In this document: piece after piece, positions 14,157 through 25,190 of the stretch
Position numbering within the stretch: the stretch's first letter is position 1
Layout: each line of letters begins with the position of its first letter
Assembly: GCA_027296625.1 (NCBI GenBank)
Contig: JAPUIX010000158.1
Coordinates: forward strand, 232-64,231
Origin: Gammaproteobacteria bacterium
GTDB taxonomy: Bacteria > Pseudomonadota > Gammaproteobacteria > JAKEHO01
Direction: 5' to 3'
Length of the DNA: 64,000 nt
Program-made: the position numbers and the translations under genes
Notes under the pieces: generated by a model
The model's input: the letters and a program-made list of their open reading frames with translations, nothing else
What the model was told of the DNA's origin: nothing
The model's database searches: none

Positions 14157-15332
14157 CTAGTTACCCCGTGCCTCTTTCCATGAAGCAACGACTCGATCGG
14201 CCGCCTCGGCCAGCGTATCCGCACTGATGATCGGCAGGCCGCTGTCCTTTAATATTCGGCGGCCCGCTTCAACGTTTGTGCCGGCAAGGCGCACGACCAA
14301 CGGGATCTTCAGTTTGATATCTTCGACAGCTTGCACCACGCCCTCCGCAACCCAATCGCAACGGTTGATCCCAGCGAAGATATTCACCAACATCGCCTGC
14401 ACATTCTCATCAGACAATACCAGGCGGAATGCCTTGGCAACCCGCTCCGGCGATGCGCCGCCACCGATATCAAGAAAGTTCGCCGGCTCACCCCCCGCGT
14501 GTTCGATCATATCCATGGTTGCCATCGCAAGCCCTGCACCGTTGATGATGCAGCCAATGTTGCCGGTGAGGGCAACGTAACTGAGCCCGCGATCCGCCGC
14601 CATCATCTCTCGCGGATCTTCTTGTGACTTGTCACGTAGCTCAGAGATATGGGGATGCCGGAACAGGGCGTTATCATCGAAGGTCATCTTGGCATCCAGC
14701 GCGACTAGCCGCCCGTCCTCCGTGACTACCAATGGGTTGACCTCAACCATGGTCGCATCAAGGTCCCGAAACGCCCGATAACATCCAAGAAATGTCGTCA
14801 CCGCCTGGCTGACCAGCGCTCGCTCCAGACCCAAACCAAAGGCAACCTCGCGGGCCTGGAAGGCCTGCATCCCCACCGCTGGCTCAATGCTGGCCCGCAG
14901 GATCGAATCCGGCTTCTGGCGCGCGATCTCTTCGATCTCCATACCGCCTGCCGACGACGCGACAACCATGATCCTCTCTGACTTACGATCCAGCACAAAG
15001 CCTAGATACAGTTCGCGCTCGATGGCCGTCGCCGCTTCAATATAGAGCCTGTGCACGACCTTGCCCTGGGGCCCCGTTTGATGCGTGACAAGCCGCGAAC
15101 CGAGCAACTCATCCGCCGCCTGCAAGACTTCACGGTCGCTTGAGCAGACTTTGATGCCGCCCGCTTTACCGCGGGCACCCGAATGGATCTGCGCCTTCAC
15201 AACCCACTTCTCGCCGCCAATTTCCTTTGTCCGATAGGCCGCCTGTTCAGGACTGTATGCGAGCCCACCGGCCGGTACCGTGACACCGAAATCCGAGAGC
15301 AGTTCTTTTGCCTGATATTCGTGGATATCCAC
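14157..15332 (-). CDS. mtkA: Malate--CoA ligase beta subunit, SucC family
   Basis: [33 protein letters not shown] (Mtk-type rather than SucC GGI-RCD), GTG start. Confidence 0.9.
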   Translation of the reverse strand: MDIHEYQAKELLSDFGVTVPAGGLAYSPEQAAYRTKEIGGEKWVVKAQIHSGARGKAGGIKVCSSDREVLQAADELLGSRLVTHQTGPQGKVVHRLYIEAATAIERELYLGFVLDRKSERIMVVASSAGGMEIEEIARQKPDSILRASIEPAVGMQAFQAREVAFGLGLERALVSQAVTTFLGCYRAFRDLDATMVEVNPLVVTEDGRLVALDAKMTFDDNALFRHPHISELRDKSQEDPREMMAADRGLSYVALTGNIGCIINGAGLAMATMDMIEHAGGEPANFLDIGGGASPERVAKAFRLVLSDENVQAMLVNIFAGINRCDWVAEGVVQAVEDIKLKIPLVVRLAGTNVEAGRRILKDSGLPIISADTLAEAADRVVASWKEARGN

Positions 15333-15354
15333 CGCTTACCTCCTTAAGATGGCG

Positions 15355-16305
15355 TCAGTTGGCCTTCTCCTTTGCCCGGATTGCCTCGTCGACCTTGACA
15401 ACATTTTCCGCCATGCGGGCAGAGGCTGCATCAATCATCCGACCATCGAGCTGCGCCGCCCCTTTGCCTTCCCGGGCTGCCTTCGCCAAGGCCTCGAGAA
15501 TACGTTTCGCTCTGTCCACCTCTGACTCGGGGGGAGAAAAGACCTCGTTAGCGAGCGGTATCTGAGACGGATGGATAGCCCACTTGCCCTCGATCCCCAA
15601 CGCCGCACCCCGCTTTGCCGCCAAGACATAACCTTCCGGATCATTGAAATCACCAAACGGTCCATCAATAGCACGCAACCCATAAGCGCGACAGGCAACC
15701 GTCATGCGAGAAAGTGCGGCATGCCATTGATCGCCCGGATAGTCTGGATTGAGCCCCCCGATGTTGACGGTTCTTGCCCTACAACTGGCGGCATAATCCG
15801 CAACGCCAAAGTGCATCGCCTCCAAGCGCTTACTCGATGTGGCGATCGCCTCGACATTGGCCATCCCAAGGGCCGTTTCGATCAGTACTTCAAGTCCAAT
15901 GCTGTGTTCAATTCCTTTCGCCTCCTCAATTTGACTTACCATGGCATCAACCATGTAGACATCGCATGGCGTCCCCGCCTTTGGAATCAAGATTGTATCA
16001 AGGTGGCTTCCAGCCTGTTCCAGCAAATCGACCACATCCCTGTACATATAGTGGGTATCGATGCCGTTGATGCGAACAGAGATGGTTTTGCCTTTACCCC
16101 GCCAGTCGATCTCATTGAGCGCCTCGATAATATTTTTGCGCGCCGGCTCCTTATCGGCCGGCGCGACGGCGTCCTCGAGATCAAGGAAGACATAATCCGC
16201 ACCACTGTCAGCGGCCTTAGCGATCATCTTTGGATTAGAACCAGGCACCGCCAGCTCACTGCGTTGCAGCCGCACACGGGTGGGTTCATAACGAGTATGA
16301 CTCAC
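15355..16305 (-). CDS. mcl: Malyl-CoA lyase (HpcH/CitE family)
   Basis: RLQRSELAVPGS, DLEDAVAP, HYMYRDV, IDGPFGDF, GKWAIHPSQ. Confidence 0.92.
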   Translation of the reverse strand: MSHTRYEPTRVRLQRSELAVPGSNPKMIAKAADSGADYVFLDLEDAVAPADKEPARKNIIEALNEIDWRGKGKTISVRINGIDTHYMYRDVVDLLEQAGSHLDTILIPKAGTPCDVYMVDAMVSQIEEAKGIEHSIGLEVLIETALGMANVEAIATSSKRLEAMHFGVADYAASCRARTVNIGGLNPDYPGDQWHAALSRMTVACRAYGLRAIDGPFGDFNDPEGYVLAAKRGAALGIEGKWAIHPSQIPLANEVFSPPESEVDRAKRILEALAKAAREGKGAAQLDGRMIDAASARMAENVVKVDEAIRAKEKAN

Positions 16306-16403
16306 AATCCACTCCTCCCTAATTTATGGGGCCAAACTGCTGAGCATAAAAAGCGCCTCTCCCGATTGCGGTCTTTATGAAAGAGTGCGCCTGGGGTGCC
16401 AGC

Positions 16404-17609
16404 TTACATGGCAGCCGTTGCCCCTTTACTGGTATCGAACGCCTCGGCCATGCTGCGAAGGAATTCTTCAGCGGCCGCGACACCGCTGCCCGGTTCGATA
16501 TCGATCCCGATATCCCGCATCGACATCTCCGAACCGACGATCGCGCTCAAGATCATGAGTTCATTGAGATCACCCAAATGACCGATGCGGAAAATCTTTC
16601 CCGCGACCTTATTCAGCCCGACACCCAGCGAAAGATTGTAGCGCTGGTAGGCCACTTTAACGACATCGGATCCATTGAATCCCTCTGGCACATAGATGCC
16701 ACTGACCGTATCGGAATACCATTTCGGTTCCTTGGCACAGAGTCTGAGGCCCCAAGCATCTACCGCTCGGCGCACTGCCTCGGCCAAGCGATTATGACGC
16801 GCAAAGACATTCTCAAGCCCTTCCTCGAACAACAGATTGACGGACTCGCGTAAGCCGCGTATGAGCGTCATCGCCGGGGTATATGGGAAGAACCCATCCT
16901 TATTGGTCTTGATCATATCCTCGAAGTCGAAGAATGTGCGGGGCAACTTGGCGGCTGTTCGAGCTTCCAGCGCCTTTTGACTGGCACAAACGATGGCAAG
17001 ACCGCACGGCAGCATGAAGCCCTTTTGGGAGGCGCTGACAGCCAGGTCCACTCCCCATTCGTCCATGCGGAAGTCGATACTGGCAATTGAACTCACGCCA
17101 TCGACGTAGAATAAAGCCGGATGATTGGCTGCATCCAAGGCCTTGCGAACACCGGCCATGTCGCTGGTCACGCCAGTCGCTGTCTCGTTCTGACACGCAA
17201 GAACCGCCTTGATTTCATGGTTCTTATCAGCAGCGAGCCGCTCCGCATATTTCTCCACGGGCACCCCTTCGCCCCATTCCACTTCCATTACCTCAACATC
17301 CAAGTTGTGACGTTGGCATAGATCAATCCACAGGTGAGAAAAGTGACCAAAGCTTGAAGCCAAGACCTTATCCCCCGGTGAAAGGGCATTGCTAATAGCC
17401 GCCTCCCAACCGCCGGTCCCTGACGCCGGGAAAATGAAGACTTGTCCCATTTTGGTCTTGAAGACTTTCTTTAAATCTTCGTAAAGAGCAAGCGTAAATT
17501 CCGGCAGATCAGGGGCCCGCTGGTCTTCCATTGGAATGTCCATGGCCCGGCGAACTCTGTCCGGAACGTTGGTAGGTCCAGGAATAAAGAGGAAATTACG
17601 TCCGGGCAT
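16404..17609 (-). CDS. sgaA: Serine--glyoxylate aminotransferase (class V PLP)
   Basis: PGPTNVP, NETATGV, VDGVSS, ASQKG, FRIGHLG. Confidence 0.92.
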   Translation of the reverse strand: MPGRNFLFIPGPTNVPDRVRRAMDIPMEDQRAPDLPEFTLALYEDLKKVFKTKMGQVFIFPASGTGGWEAAISNALSPGDKVLASSFGHFSHLWIDLCQRHNLDVEVMEVEWGEGVPVEKYAERLAADKNHEIKAVLACQNETATGVTSDMAGVRKALDAANHPALFYVDGVSSIASIDFRMDEWGVDLAVSASQKGFMLPCGLAIVCASQKALEARTAAKLPRTFFDFEDMIKTNKDGFFPYTPAMTLIRGLRESVNLLFEEGLENVFARHNRLAEAVRRAVDAWGLRLCAKEPKWYSDTVSGIYVPEGFNGSDVVKVAYQRYNLSLGVGLNKVAGKIFRIGHLGDLNELMILSAIVGSEMSMRDIGIDIEPGSGVAAAEEFLRSMAEAFDTSKGATAAM

Positions 17610-17875
17610 AATTGTGCGTCCTCCAAGTTTTATAGGAATACCGTTTGATTTTATTGACGTTATGGTTATTATCGTCGTTTCAGACGGGGCCGGAACCGAT
17701 GGAAAAATAGCCCCCGGCGCGACGCTATGAAGCGCCGAACTCTACCACGCTACGCCAAACATACGCATCCAATTACACCTTGTAGGCGCTTGGTTTGCAA
17801 GCGAAAACAAAGCGCGAAGAGGCTAGCGCCAACAAGCGTACAAAACCGCCATTTAGCGTCGCGACCCACTAATTT

Positions 17876-19066
17876 TCAAAGCGAATCAAGGCCCCTTGTG
17901 AGATCGACCTTAATATCTTCGACATCTTCTAAGCCGACCGATATGCGAATCAATCCTTCTGTAACCCCCGCCTCTGCCCGCTCCTCGGGTGTTAACCGCC
18001 AGTGCGTGGTCGTTGCTGGATGAACGATCGTCGTTTTCGTATCTCCAAGATTTGCCGTGATGGACAGAAGCTGTGTCGCGTCAATCACCCGCCATGCAGC
18101 ATCCCTTCCGCCATTAAGCTCAAACGACACAATTCCGCCGTAATCACTTTGTTGCCTCCCTGCAAGCACATGCTGTGGATGTGATGCAAGACCCGGATAA
18201 TAGACACGTGCAATTTGAGATTGCTGCTCCAACCACTCTGCAAGCTTAAACGCGTTCGCGCTGTGTGCGCGCATGCGTAAATGCAGCGTCTCAAGCCCCT
18301 TTAGAAAGACCCATGCATTAAATGGACTCATTGCTGGACCGGCGGTCCTTAGAAATCCAAAAATCTTTTCCCCAAGCAGTTCTTCACTGCCAACGACCGC
18401 TCCGCCCATACAGCGTCCCTGTCCATCCAGATATTTGGTCGCAGAGTGAATAATGATATCGGCGCCCATGGCCAGCGGTTGTTGTAGCGCTGGCGTACAG
18501 AAGCAGTTATCGACGACCAGCAAGCAGCCTTTGGCATGGGCAAGATCGACCAAGCGACGAATATCGGCAATCTCAGTAAGCGGATTGGATGGCGTCTCCA
18601 AAAACAAAAATTTTGTCTGAGTGCGGATCGCGCCTTCCCAAGCATCGTAATCCGTCAACGGCACAAAGCTCGTTTCAAGACCGAAACGTGGGAGTATCGC
18701 ATTTAACAAACTGACCGTGGTGCCAAAGATACTCCGTGATGAAACAATATGATCCCCCGCGCCTAGAAGCCCCATACAGGTGCTAAGTATCGCAGCCATA
18801 CCTGATGCAGTCGCAACGCAGCGCTCACCGCCCTCCAAGGCCGCGAGCCGCTCTTCAAATGTGCGAACTGTCGGATTAGTGAAACGGGAATAGATATTGC
18901 CGGGCTCTTCTCCGGCGAATCGCGCGGCCGCCTGCGCCGCATTTTTAAACACGAAGCTAGAGCTAGCAAAAATGGGCTCGCTCTGCTCACCTTCCAACGT
19001 CCGGACTTGGCCAGCCCGAACTGCACGCGTATGAAATCCGTATTGTAGGGGATCGATCTTTACCAT
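17876..19066 (-). CDS. metZ: O-succinylhomoserine sulfhydrylase
   Basis: YSRFTNPT, ETPSNP, HSATKYLDGQG, ANLGDTKT; downstream of purF. Start set at ATG 19066 after a GGAGAAGG SD. Confidence 0.95.
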   Translation of the reverse strand: MVKIDPLQYGFHTRAVRAGQVRTLEGEQSEPIFASSSFVFKNAAQAAARFAGEEPGNIYSRFTNPTVRTFEERLAALEGGERCVATASGMAAILSTCMGLLGAGDHIVSSRSIFGTTVSLLNAILPRFGLETSFVPLTDYDAWEGAIRTQTKFLFLETPSNPLTEIADIRRLVDLAHAKGCLLVVDNCFCTPALQQPLAMGADIIIHSATKYLDGQGRCMGGAVVGSEELLGEKIFGFLRTAGPAMSPFNAWVFLKGLETLHLRMRAHSANAFKLAEWLEQQSQIARVYYPGLASHPQHVLAGRQQSDYGGIVSFELNGGRDAAWRVIDATQLLSITANLGDTKTTIVHPATTTHWRLTPEERAEAGVTEGLIRISVGLEDVEDIKVDLTRGLDSL

Positions 19067-19118
19067 AACGCCTTCTCCACCATTTCGAGCCATACCCTCA
19101 GATCATTCATTAGGTCAT

Positions 19119-19155
19119 AAAAAAACCCGCCTTCAGCTTCCGCTAAAGCAGGTTT
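19119..19155 (-). terminator. Intrinsic terminator forming the riboswitch expression platform
   Basis: Minus strand CCTGCTTTAGC-GGAA-GCTGAAGGCGGG followed by T7. Confidence 0.8.
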
Positions 19156-19210
19156 CCTCGCTTTAGCAGAATTTCTTACGCGCCCGCAAGCTGACGTCAA
19201 ATCGGCGCAC
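19156..19210 (-). ncRNA. SAM-II riboswitch aptamer
   Basis: GTGCGCCGATTTGACGTCAGCTTGCGGGCGCGTAAGAAATTCTGCTAAAGCGAGG matches the SAM-II pattern (GCGC-GATTT...TTGC..GCGC...AAAT..GCTAAA); upstream of metZ. Confidence 0.9.
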
Positions 19211-19218
19211 TTTCCCGA

Positions 19219-19247
19219 AGCCTAGAGAATTCGGGCGAGGATGTCAA
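19219..19247 (-). promoter_or_regulatory. sigma70 promoter for riboswitch-metZ
   Basis: TTGACA-17 nt-TAGGCT immediately upstream of the aptamer. Confidence 0.75.
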
Positions 19248-19261
19248 TAAATGCTGTTAGT

Positions 19262-20773
19262 TCATGCGCTATTCGATAAATCGGTCAAGGCGACCTCTCC
19301 ACCCTCCCGTTGAACCTTCGCTTTATCAGAGCGCAGAACTTCTAAATGATCAAGATAATCCCGACTCACATCGCCGGTAACGTACTCTCCTGTAAAACAG
19401 GAAGTATCAAACTGCTTAATCTTCCGATTACCTTTTCTAGCTGAACCGATCAGGTCATCCAGTTCCTGGTAAATTAGCCAATCCGCGCCGATCTCCTTTG
19501 CGACTTCTTCTTCCGACCTTCCATGTGCGACGAGTTCGTTAGCGGACGGCATATCAATCCCGTACACGTTCGGGTACCTAACGGGTGGCGCGGCGGCGGC
19601 AAAATATACCTTCCTCGCACCCGCCTCACGCGCCATCTGGATAATCTCACGCGATGTGGTACCACGTACGATCGAATCGTCAACAAGCAACACATTCTTG
19701 CCTTTAAACTCCAGGCCAATCGCATTTAGCTTCTGACGCACAGATTTTTTCCGTACCGCCTGACCAGGCATAATAAATGTGCGTGTTATATAACGATTCT
19801 TGATAAAGCCTTCGCGGTATTTAAGGCCCAGTGCGTACGCTAGCGGAAGCGCCGCCGTGCGACTTGTATCCGGAATCGGAATTACAACATCAATATCATG
19901 ATCGGACCAAAGCTTCATGATTTTTGCCGCGAGTTTTTCGCCCATCCGTAGCCGCGCTTTGTATACAGAAATACCGTCAATGATTGAGTCCGGACGCGCC
20001 AGGTATACATACTCGAAAATGCAAGGCGAAAGGAGCGGGGTATCCGCGCATTGTCGGGTATGAAGCTTCCCGCTAGCCTCGATGAAAACGACCTCACCCG
20101 GTTCGATATCACGCACGAGATCAAAACCCAGCGCGTCGATCGCGACGCTTTCCGATGCAATGATGTATTCTGTACCTCGTTTCGTCTTACGCTCGCCGAA
20201 CACGATCGGACGTATACCGTGGGGATCTCTAAACCCTAAAATCCCGACTCCAGCGATCATCGCGACCGCTGCGTAACCTCCTCGACAACGTCGATGCAAC
20301 TTGGTGATGGCTGTGAAGATGTCTTCGGCGTCGATCTGGAGCTTTCCAAGCCTCTGCAACTCGTGTGCAAACACATTGAGTAGCACTTCGGAGTCTGATT
20401 CCGTGTTAATGTGCCGGAGGTCCTCACAAAAGAGAGCACGCTTTAATTCCTCACCGTTTGTCAGATTACCATTGTGTGCAAGGGTGATCCCGTAAGGCGA
20501 ATTGACGTATAAAGGTTGGGCCTCGGCAGACGACGAGCAACCAGCCGTCGGGTAGCGCACATGTCCAATCCCGAGCCTCCCTTTTAGATTCATCATATGG
20601 TGCGTATAGAATACGTCGCGAACTAGCCCGTTATTCTTTCGCAGGTATAGGCGCCCGTCCTCGTAGGTCACAATACCCGCAGCATCCTGTCCACGATGCT
20701 GGAGCACGGTCAAGCCATCATACAAAGCCTGATTGACATTAGTCTTTGCGACGATTCCAATTATTCCACACAT
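19262..20773 (-). CDS. purF: Amidophosphoribosyltransferase
   Basis: MCGIIG N-terminal nucleophile, [19 protein letters not shown]. Confidence 0.98.
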   Translation of the reverse strand: MCGIIGIVAKTNVNQALYDGLTVLQHRGQDAAGIVTYEDGRLYLRKNNGLVRDVFYTHHMMNLKGRLGIGHVRYPTAGCSSSAEAQPLYVNSPYGITLAHNGNLTNGEELKRALFCEDLRHINTESDSEVLLNVFAHELQRLGKLQIDAEDIFTAITKLHRRCRGGYAAVAMIAGVGILGFRDPHGIRPIVFGERKTKRGTEYIIASESVAIDALGFDLVRDIEPGEVVFIEASGKLHTRQCADTPLLSPCIFEYVYLARPDSIIDGISVYKARLRMGEKLAAKIMKLWSDHDIDVVIPIPDTSRTAALPLAYALGLKYREGFIKNRYITRTFIMPGQAVRKKSVRQKLNAIGLEFKGKNVLLVDDSIVRGTTSREIIQMAREAGARKVYFAAAAPPVRYPNVYGIDMPSANELVAHGRSEEEVAKEIGADWLIYQELDDLIGSARKGNRKIKQFDTSCFTGEYVTGDVSRDYLDHLEVLRSDKAKVQREGGEVALTDLSNSA

Positions 20774-20814
20774 TGCTGGTCCTCGTTCACGACAACAGTA
20801 AATCCATACACTGT

Positions 20815-21303
20815 TCAATAACTGATGTAGCTCGCGATTTCCTCAGGCAGATAACTACGAAGCCATAACGCCATTTCCTGAAAATACCCAATAAGGATTG
20901 ACTCTCCCCACCATTGGTCATACGGCAAAGGAGTCAGGCCAGCCAACAACACCAACAGGACTACAATGACACCACCGCGAGCGATCCCTAACAAGAGCGC
21001 AAGTAGTCTATCAGCGCCTGTAAACTCGGTTTTCCCACCGAGTTTGACTACTACATAACTGACAAACGATGCCATAAGTAATGTGGCGACAAAAATCCCA
21101 ACGAAGGCAAGCGCAAACAGAATTGATGGTGATGAAACATGATCGGCAAGCCGTTCCGCCAGGTCCGGAGCGAACGCGATGCTAAGCCAGAACGCCAGTA
21201 TCCATGCCAACAGTGAAAGAAATTCTCGCAGAAACCCGCGCACCAGACTGAAAAGAGCTGAAATCGCGATGATACAGAGGATTGCAATATCCGGCCCCGT
21301 CAT
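20815..21303 (-). CDS. cvpA: CvpA family membrane protein
   Basis: [10 protein letters not shown] motif, 4 TM helices, dedD-cvpA-purF synteny. Confidence 0.92.
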   Translation of the reverse strand: MTGPDIAILCIIAISALFSLVRGFLREFLSLLAWILAFWLSIAFAPDLAERLADHVSSPSILFALAFVGIFVATLLMASFVSYVVVKLGGKTEFTGADRLLALLLGIARGGVIVVLLVLLAGLTPLPYDQWWGESILIGYFQEMALWLRSYLPEEIASYISY

Positions 21304-21395
21304 GAACCATCATTTCCTTGCTACGCTAATGTGGCTGCGCGCATTCTAGCAGAACACTCCCTGTCAACATAGGTGGTGCATGGGCTGAAAAGCCG

Positions 21396-21983
21396 TTAAG
21401 GATATCGAACAACGATACCCTCAAGTTTAACCGTTTTCTGCAACTGCTCCCTCAAGGCGTCAGCATCGGAACGCACAAGTTCGGGACCGACTCGAACCCG
21501 AAATACCTTCTTTCCACCCGAATAGACCGGGTCAACAAACGATTCATACCCCTTCTTACGCAACTTTTCATTAAGGGCTTGGGCATTTGCTTCGCGTGAA
21601 AAGCTACCAAGCTGTACGACCCAAGCCATCAGGCCAACCCGTTCGCTCACCAGTTGACCGTCGCGTGGTTCCTTAGGCTTTGGCAACTTCGCCTCTGATA
21701 CGTCCTTTGTGGCCGCGACCACGGGCGCGCCGCCTTCGGTTTCAGTCACCGACTCAGATGGCATGGGGCGCACGACACTTTGCTCCCGTGGCTCATGATG
21801 AGTTGGCTCGCCAATTGGCACAATCCGTGAACTGAAAGCGTCCGTAGGTTTAGGTGGGATGTTGGTCGCGGTGATCGTGGTTACAGGCACTGGCGTCTCG
21901 TCAAAAAGAATAGGTACAAAAATAACGGCAAGGCCGACTAGCACAGCAGCACCCACCAGTCGTTCTTTCAACTTCTGTTCCAT
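21396..21983 (-). CDS. dedD: SPOR-domain cell division protein DedD
   Basis: LKERLVGA TM anchor and C-terminal SPOR domain (WVVQLGSF, RVRVGP). Confidence 0.9.
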   Translation of the reverse strand: MEQKLKERLVGAAVLVGLAVIFVPILFDETPVPVTTITATNIPPKPTDAFSSRIVPIGEPTHHEPREQSVVRPMPSESVTETEGGAPVVAATKDVSEAKLPKPKEPRDGQLVSERVGLMAWVVQLGSFSREANAQALNEKLRKKGYESFVDPVYSGGKKVFRVRVGPELVRSDADALREQLQKTVKLEGIVVRYP

Positions 21984-21996
21984 CAAATAGAGCACC

Positions 21997-23400
21997 CTAT
22001 GTACTTAGGCGTTGCGCAAGCCCCCGCATGACCTCGCCCACAGTGAGAAACGACCCCGTTACGAGCACGCGATCGCCCGAACTCGCCACAGACACAACAT
22101 CGGCAAAAGCCTGAGCCACACTCCCATAGGTAACAATAGGCTTCGATACGCCCAACTCAGTCAACTCCTTGGCCAGGATCTCACTCCCTGCGCCTCGTGT
22201 CGTATTAAGCGTCGCTACATGCCAGACATCTGCAACATCACGAAGTTCCTGAAATACCGCACGGCGATCTTTGTCTCTCAGCATCCCGATCAGAATATGC
22301 GTCGTCTTAGCTCGAGGCAATCCAGTGAGGTTCTGCGCCAACACCCTAGCCGCCTGGCGATTATGTGCTACATCTAGCACGTATTGAATAGCACCTGGAA
22401 TCACCTGAAAGCGACCCGGAAGCTCGAGTGCCTTAAGACCTGTTCTCAAGGCATTATTATTTATGGGATGCTTCTCTGCGATGAGTTTAAACACCATGAG
22501 GACCCCAGCCGCGTTCTGCAACTGGTGGTCACCACAGAGCTTGGGCTTGGGGAGATCAGCGTAGGTGACGGAATCGTAGTGCCAAGTCCAGTCATTATCC
22601 GATACCACGTACTCAAAATCACGGCCTATGCAGAACAACGGCGATTGCAGCACCGCGGCGCGATCGATGAGGCTCTGAGGCGGCTTCGGATCCGAGCAGA
22701 TCGCGGGTGTCCCATGCCGGAAGATCCCTGCCTTTTCTCGAGCAATAGAGTCACGATCCTTGCCCAACCAATCTATGTGGTCTATATCGATAGCCGTCAC
22801 CAGTGCGACATCAGCATCCAAAAGGTTCACTGCATCTAATCTTCCCCCTAATCCCACCTCAAAGATGCCAACGTCGATATCGGTTCGCTGGAAGATGTCA
22901 AAAGCAGCCAGTGTCCCAAACTCAAAATAGGTCAGGGTCAAACCGTTTCGCGCGCGGTCGATGCGATCAAATGCGTCGCATAGGGCTTCATCAGAGACAT
23001 TCTTACCGCTAATTCGGAGACGCTCGTTGTATGAGATCAAGTGAGGTGAGGTGTAACAGCCGGTTTTATATCCCGCCGCAGTTAGTACGGCATCAATAAG
23101 TGCAACACTTGATCCCTTACCATTAGTACCGGCTACGCTGATGACCGTATACGGTGGCTTAAACAAGCCCATCGCTTGAGCAACTGATCGGACACGTTCA
23201 AGACTCAACTCGATGTCTTTTACATGCAGCGTTTCCTGCCAATCAAGCCAGTCAGATAAACTGTCAAATCGCTTCTGCGGCGAACCATTCAACTCGGATG
23301 AACAGCCTGCGACTGGCCAGTGTTGTGTCGTCTGGTCTAGTGCCACTCGGAATCTCAATGCAAAGTCAGAAGAAGCAGCGTTGATGAGAGCAGTAGTCAA
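21997..23400 (-). CDS. folC: Dihydrofolate synthase/folylpolyglutamate synthase (true start may be near 23292)
   Basis: VAGTNGKGS, YTSPHL, EVGLGGRLDA, LDVAHN. Confidence 0.95.
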   Translation of the reverse strand: MTTALINAASSDFALRFRVALDQTTQHWPVAGCSSELNGSPQKRFDSLSDWLDWQETLHVKDIELSLERVRSVAQAMGLFKPPYTVISVAGTNGKGSSVALIDAVLTAAGYKTGCYTSPHLISYNERLRISGKNVSDEALCDAFDRIDRARNGLTLTYFEFGTLAAFDIFQRTDIDVGIFEVGLGGRLDAVNLLDADVALVTAIDIDHIDWLGKDRDSIAREKAGIFRHGTPAICSDPKPPQSLIDRAAVLQSPLFCIGRDFEYVVSDNDWTWHYDSVTYADLPKPKLCGDHQLQNAAGVLMVFKLIAEKHPINNNALRTGLKALELPGRFQVIPGAIQYVLDVAHNRQAARVLAQNLTGLPRAKTTHILIGMLRDKDRRAVFQELRDVADVWHVATLNTTRGAGSEILAKELTELGVSKPIVTYGSVAQAFADVVSVASSGDRVLVTGSFLTVGEVMRGLAQRLST

Positions 23401-24261
23401 TCAGTGCAGTGGCTGATGGGTCAACATCGATAGTAAACACGCAATTCGATCGCGCATATCTCTACGATCGACGATCGAATCAATAGCGCCGTGCTCAAGA
23501 AGAAATTCACTGCGCTGAAAACCGTCGGGCAATGTTTCCCGCACTGTTTGCTCAATCACTCGTGGGCCAGCAAACCCAATCAAAGCTTTTGGTTCGGCGA
23601 TGTTAATGTCACCTAGCATGGCGAGACTCGCCGAGACACCTCCCATGGTGGGATTGGAGAGAACCGAAATGTATGGTATGCGGACGCGGCTTAGCGCAGC
23701 CAATGCCGCACTGGTCTTAGCCATTTGCATTAGCGATATGAGCGCTTCTTGCATCCTTGCTCCGCCGCTTGCCGAAAAACATACGAGTGGAATATCGTTA
23801 TCCATGCAGGTATTCACTGCCCGTACAAACCGCTCTCCTACAACAGATCCCATCGAACCACATATGAAGTCGATTTCAAAGGAGCAGGCTACCAAGGGCA
23901 GACCCTTCACCCGTCCCATTATGACCACCAGTGCATCGTTCTCGGCTGTCTTCCTTTGCGCTTGGTGTAAGCGATCCTTGTACTTCTTGCTATCTCGAAA
24001 CTTGAGAACATCAACCGGCCGAAGCTTGGCACCGATCTCTGAGCGAGGCTCCTTGTCGAGAAAATGATCAAGTCGTCCGCGGGCGCTGATGCGCATGTGA
24101 TGTGTACATTTGGGACATACTTCCTGACTGCGTTCCAGTTCCGCACGGTAGAGGACTGCGTTGCACGCTGTACACTGCGTCCAGACGCCCTCTGGAACAG
24201 TGCGTCGGGTCGTCCCGTTGGTCCTTATGCGACGGGGCAGTAATTTGTCCAGCCAAGTCAT
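23401..24261 (-). CDS. accD: Acetyl-CoA carboxylase carboxyltransferase beta subunit
   Basis: Zn finger CxxC...[32 protein letters not shown]. Confidence 0.97.
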   Translation of the reverse strand: MTWLDKLLPRRIRTNGTTRRTVPEGVWTQCTACNAVLYRAELERSQEVCPKCTHHMRISARGRLDHFLDKEPRSEIGAKLRPVDVLKFRDSKKYKDRLHQAQRKTAENDALVVIMGRVKGLPLVACSFEIDFICGSMGSVVGERFVRAVNTCMDNDIPLVCFSASGGARMQEALISLMQMAKTSAALAALSRVRIPYISVLSNPTMGGVSASLAMLGDINIAEPKALIGFAGPRVIEQTVRETLPDGFQRSEFLLEHGAIDSIVDRRDMRDRIACLLSMLTHQPLH

Positions 24262-24329
24262 AACAGATCTAACGCTTCATTTCAGGCAGCATGCTAACAC
24301 ATGTCGGTGTGAAACAGGGTGTTACACCT

Positions 24330-25136
24330 TCACACTGCATCCATTGCGCGACGCAGCCCATTAAGGAACGTCATCACCTCTCCTTCAATCTTGTCCAACT
24401 GCTCAGCCAGCGCACCCATCCTTTCAACCAACGCGCTCCCAACGATGACTGCATCACTGAACGCGGCCACGCGTGCGGCCGCTTCCGCGTCCTTTATGCC
24501 AAACCCAACTCCAACAGGCAACTCCGTCTTGCTCCGGATATGGCTGACTTTAACGGCCACATCCGATACATCCAAGCGGTTGCTGCCTGTCACACCTTTA
24601 AGTGAGACGTAATACAGAAATCCACGCGCTGCCCGGCAAATTAGTTCAAGACGTATATCACTGGTGGTCGGCGCCAGAAGAAAAATAGGATCTATATCAT
24701 GACTTGTTAACGCAGCCGTCAATTCATCTGCCTCCTCCGGCGGAAGATCGACTGTCAATACACCATCCACGCCCGCAGCCTGTGCAGCCTTTGCGAAGCG
24801 TTCATATCCCATGACTTCAATTGGGTTAAGATAACCCATCAATATTACTGGTGTATTGGTGTCGCGATCAGAAAACGTCTTCGCCATATTGATCACATCC
24901 CGCAAGCTCACTCCGTGGGCGAGCGCCCTTTCACTGGATCGCTGGATTGCGGGACCATCAGCCACAGGATCCGAAAACGGGACACCCAATTCTAGCATGT
25001 TCGCGCCTGCACGCACCATGGCATGCATGAGCGGTACCGTACATGATGGTTCGGGATCGCCGGCCGTAACAAAAGGCACCAATGCCTTTCGACCGCTCTC
25101 ACGCAGACCATCAAAACAGCGACTGATGCGACTCAT
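24330..25136 (-). CDS. trpA: Tryptophan synthase alpha chain
   Basis: [29 protein letters not shown]. Confidence 0.98.
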   Translation of the reverse strand: MSRISRCFDGLRESGRKALVPFVTAGDPEPSCTVPLMHAMVRAGANMLELGVPFSDPVADGPAIQRSSERALAHGVSLRDVINMAKTFSDRDTNTPVILMGYLNPIEVMGYERFAKAAQAAGVDGVLTVDLPPEEADELTAALTSHDIDPIFLLAPTTSDIRLELICRAARGFLYYVSLKGVTGSNRLDVSDVAVKVSHIRSKTELPVGVGFGIKDAEAAARVAAFSDAVIVGSALVERMGALAEQLDKIEGEVMTFLNGLRRAMDAV

Positions 25137-25190
25137 TCTACCTTAGCAAATGAATTAGTCTTTCCTGCATTAATTTGACGAAGATGCGAC

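Noticed and set aside
13245-15332. Calling these genes TCA-cycle sucCD
   Set aside because: Mtk-type motifs and the mcl/sgaA/ppc context favour malate thiokinase; no sucAB nearby.
16387-16399. Motif GCACCC(C)AGGCGC shared by the sgaA-mcl spacer and 7413-7424 upstream of fhs
   Set aside because: Only 12 nt with an indel and two copies; could be chance.
15571-16853. Long plus-strand ORFs opposite mcl and sgaA
   Set aside because: Shadow frames of well-supported genes; no SD or motifs.
17630-17680. A-rich AAN-like tract in the sgaA leader as an Hfq/Crc site
   Set aside because: Too degenerate to distinguish from an ordinary A-rich translational enhancer.
21343-21367. TTGACA...TAGAAT promoter before cvpA
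   Set aside because: Spacer is only 13 nt. The -10 may be real but this pairing is not credible.
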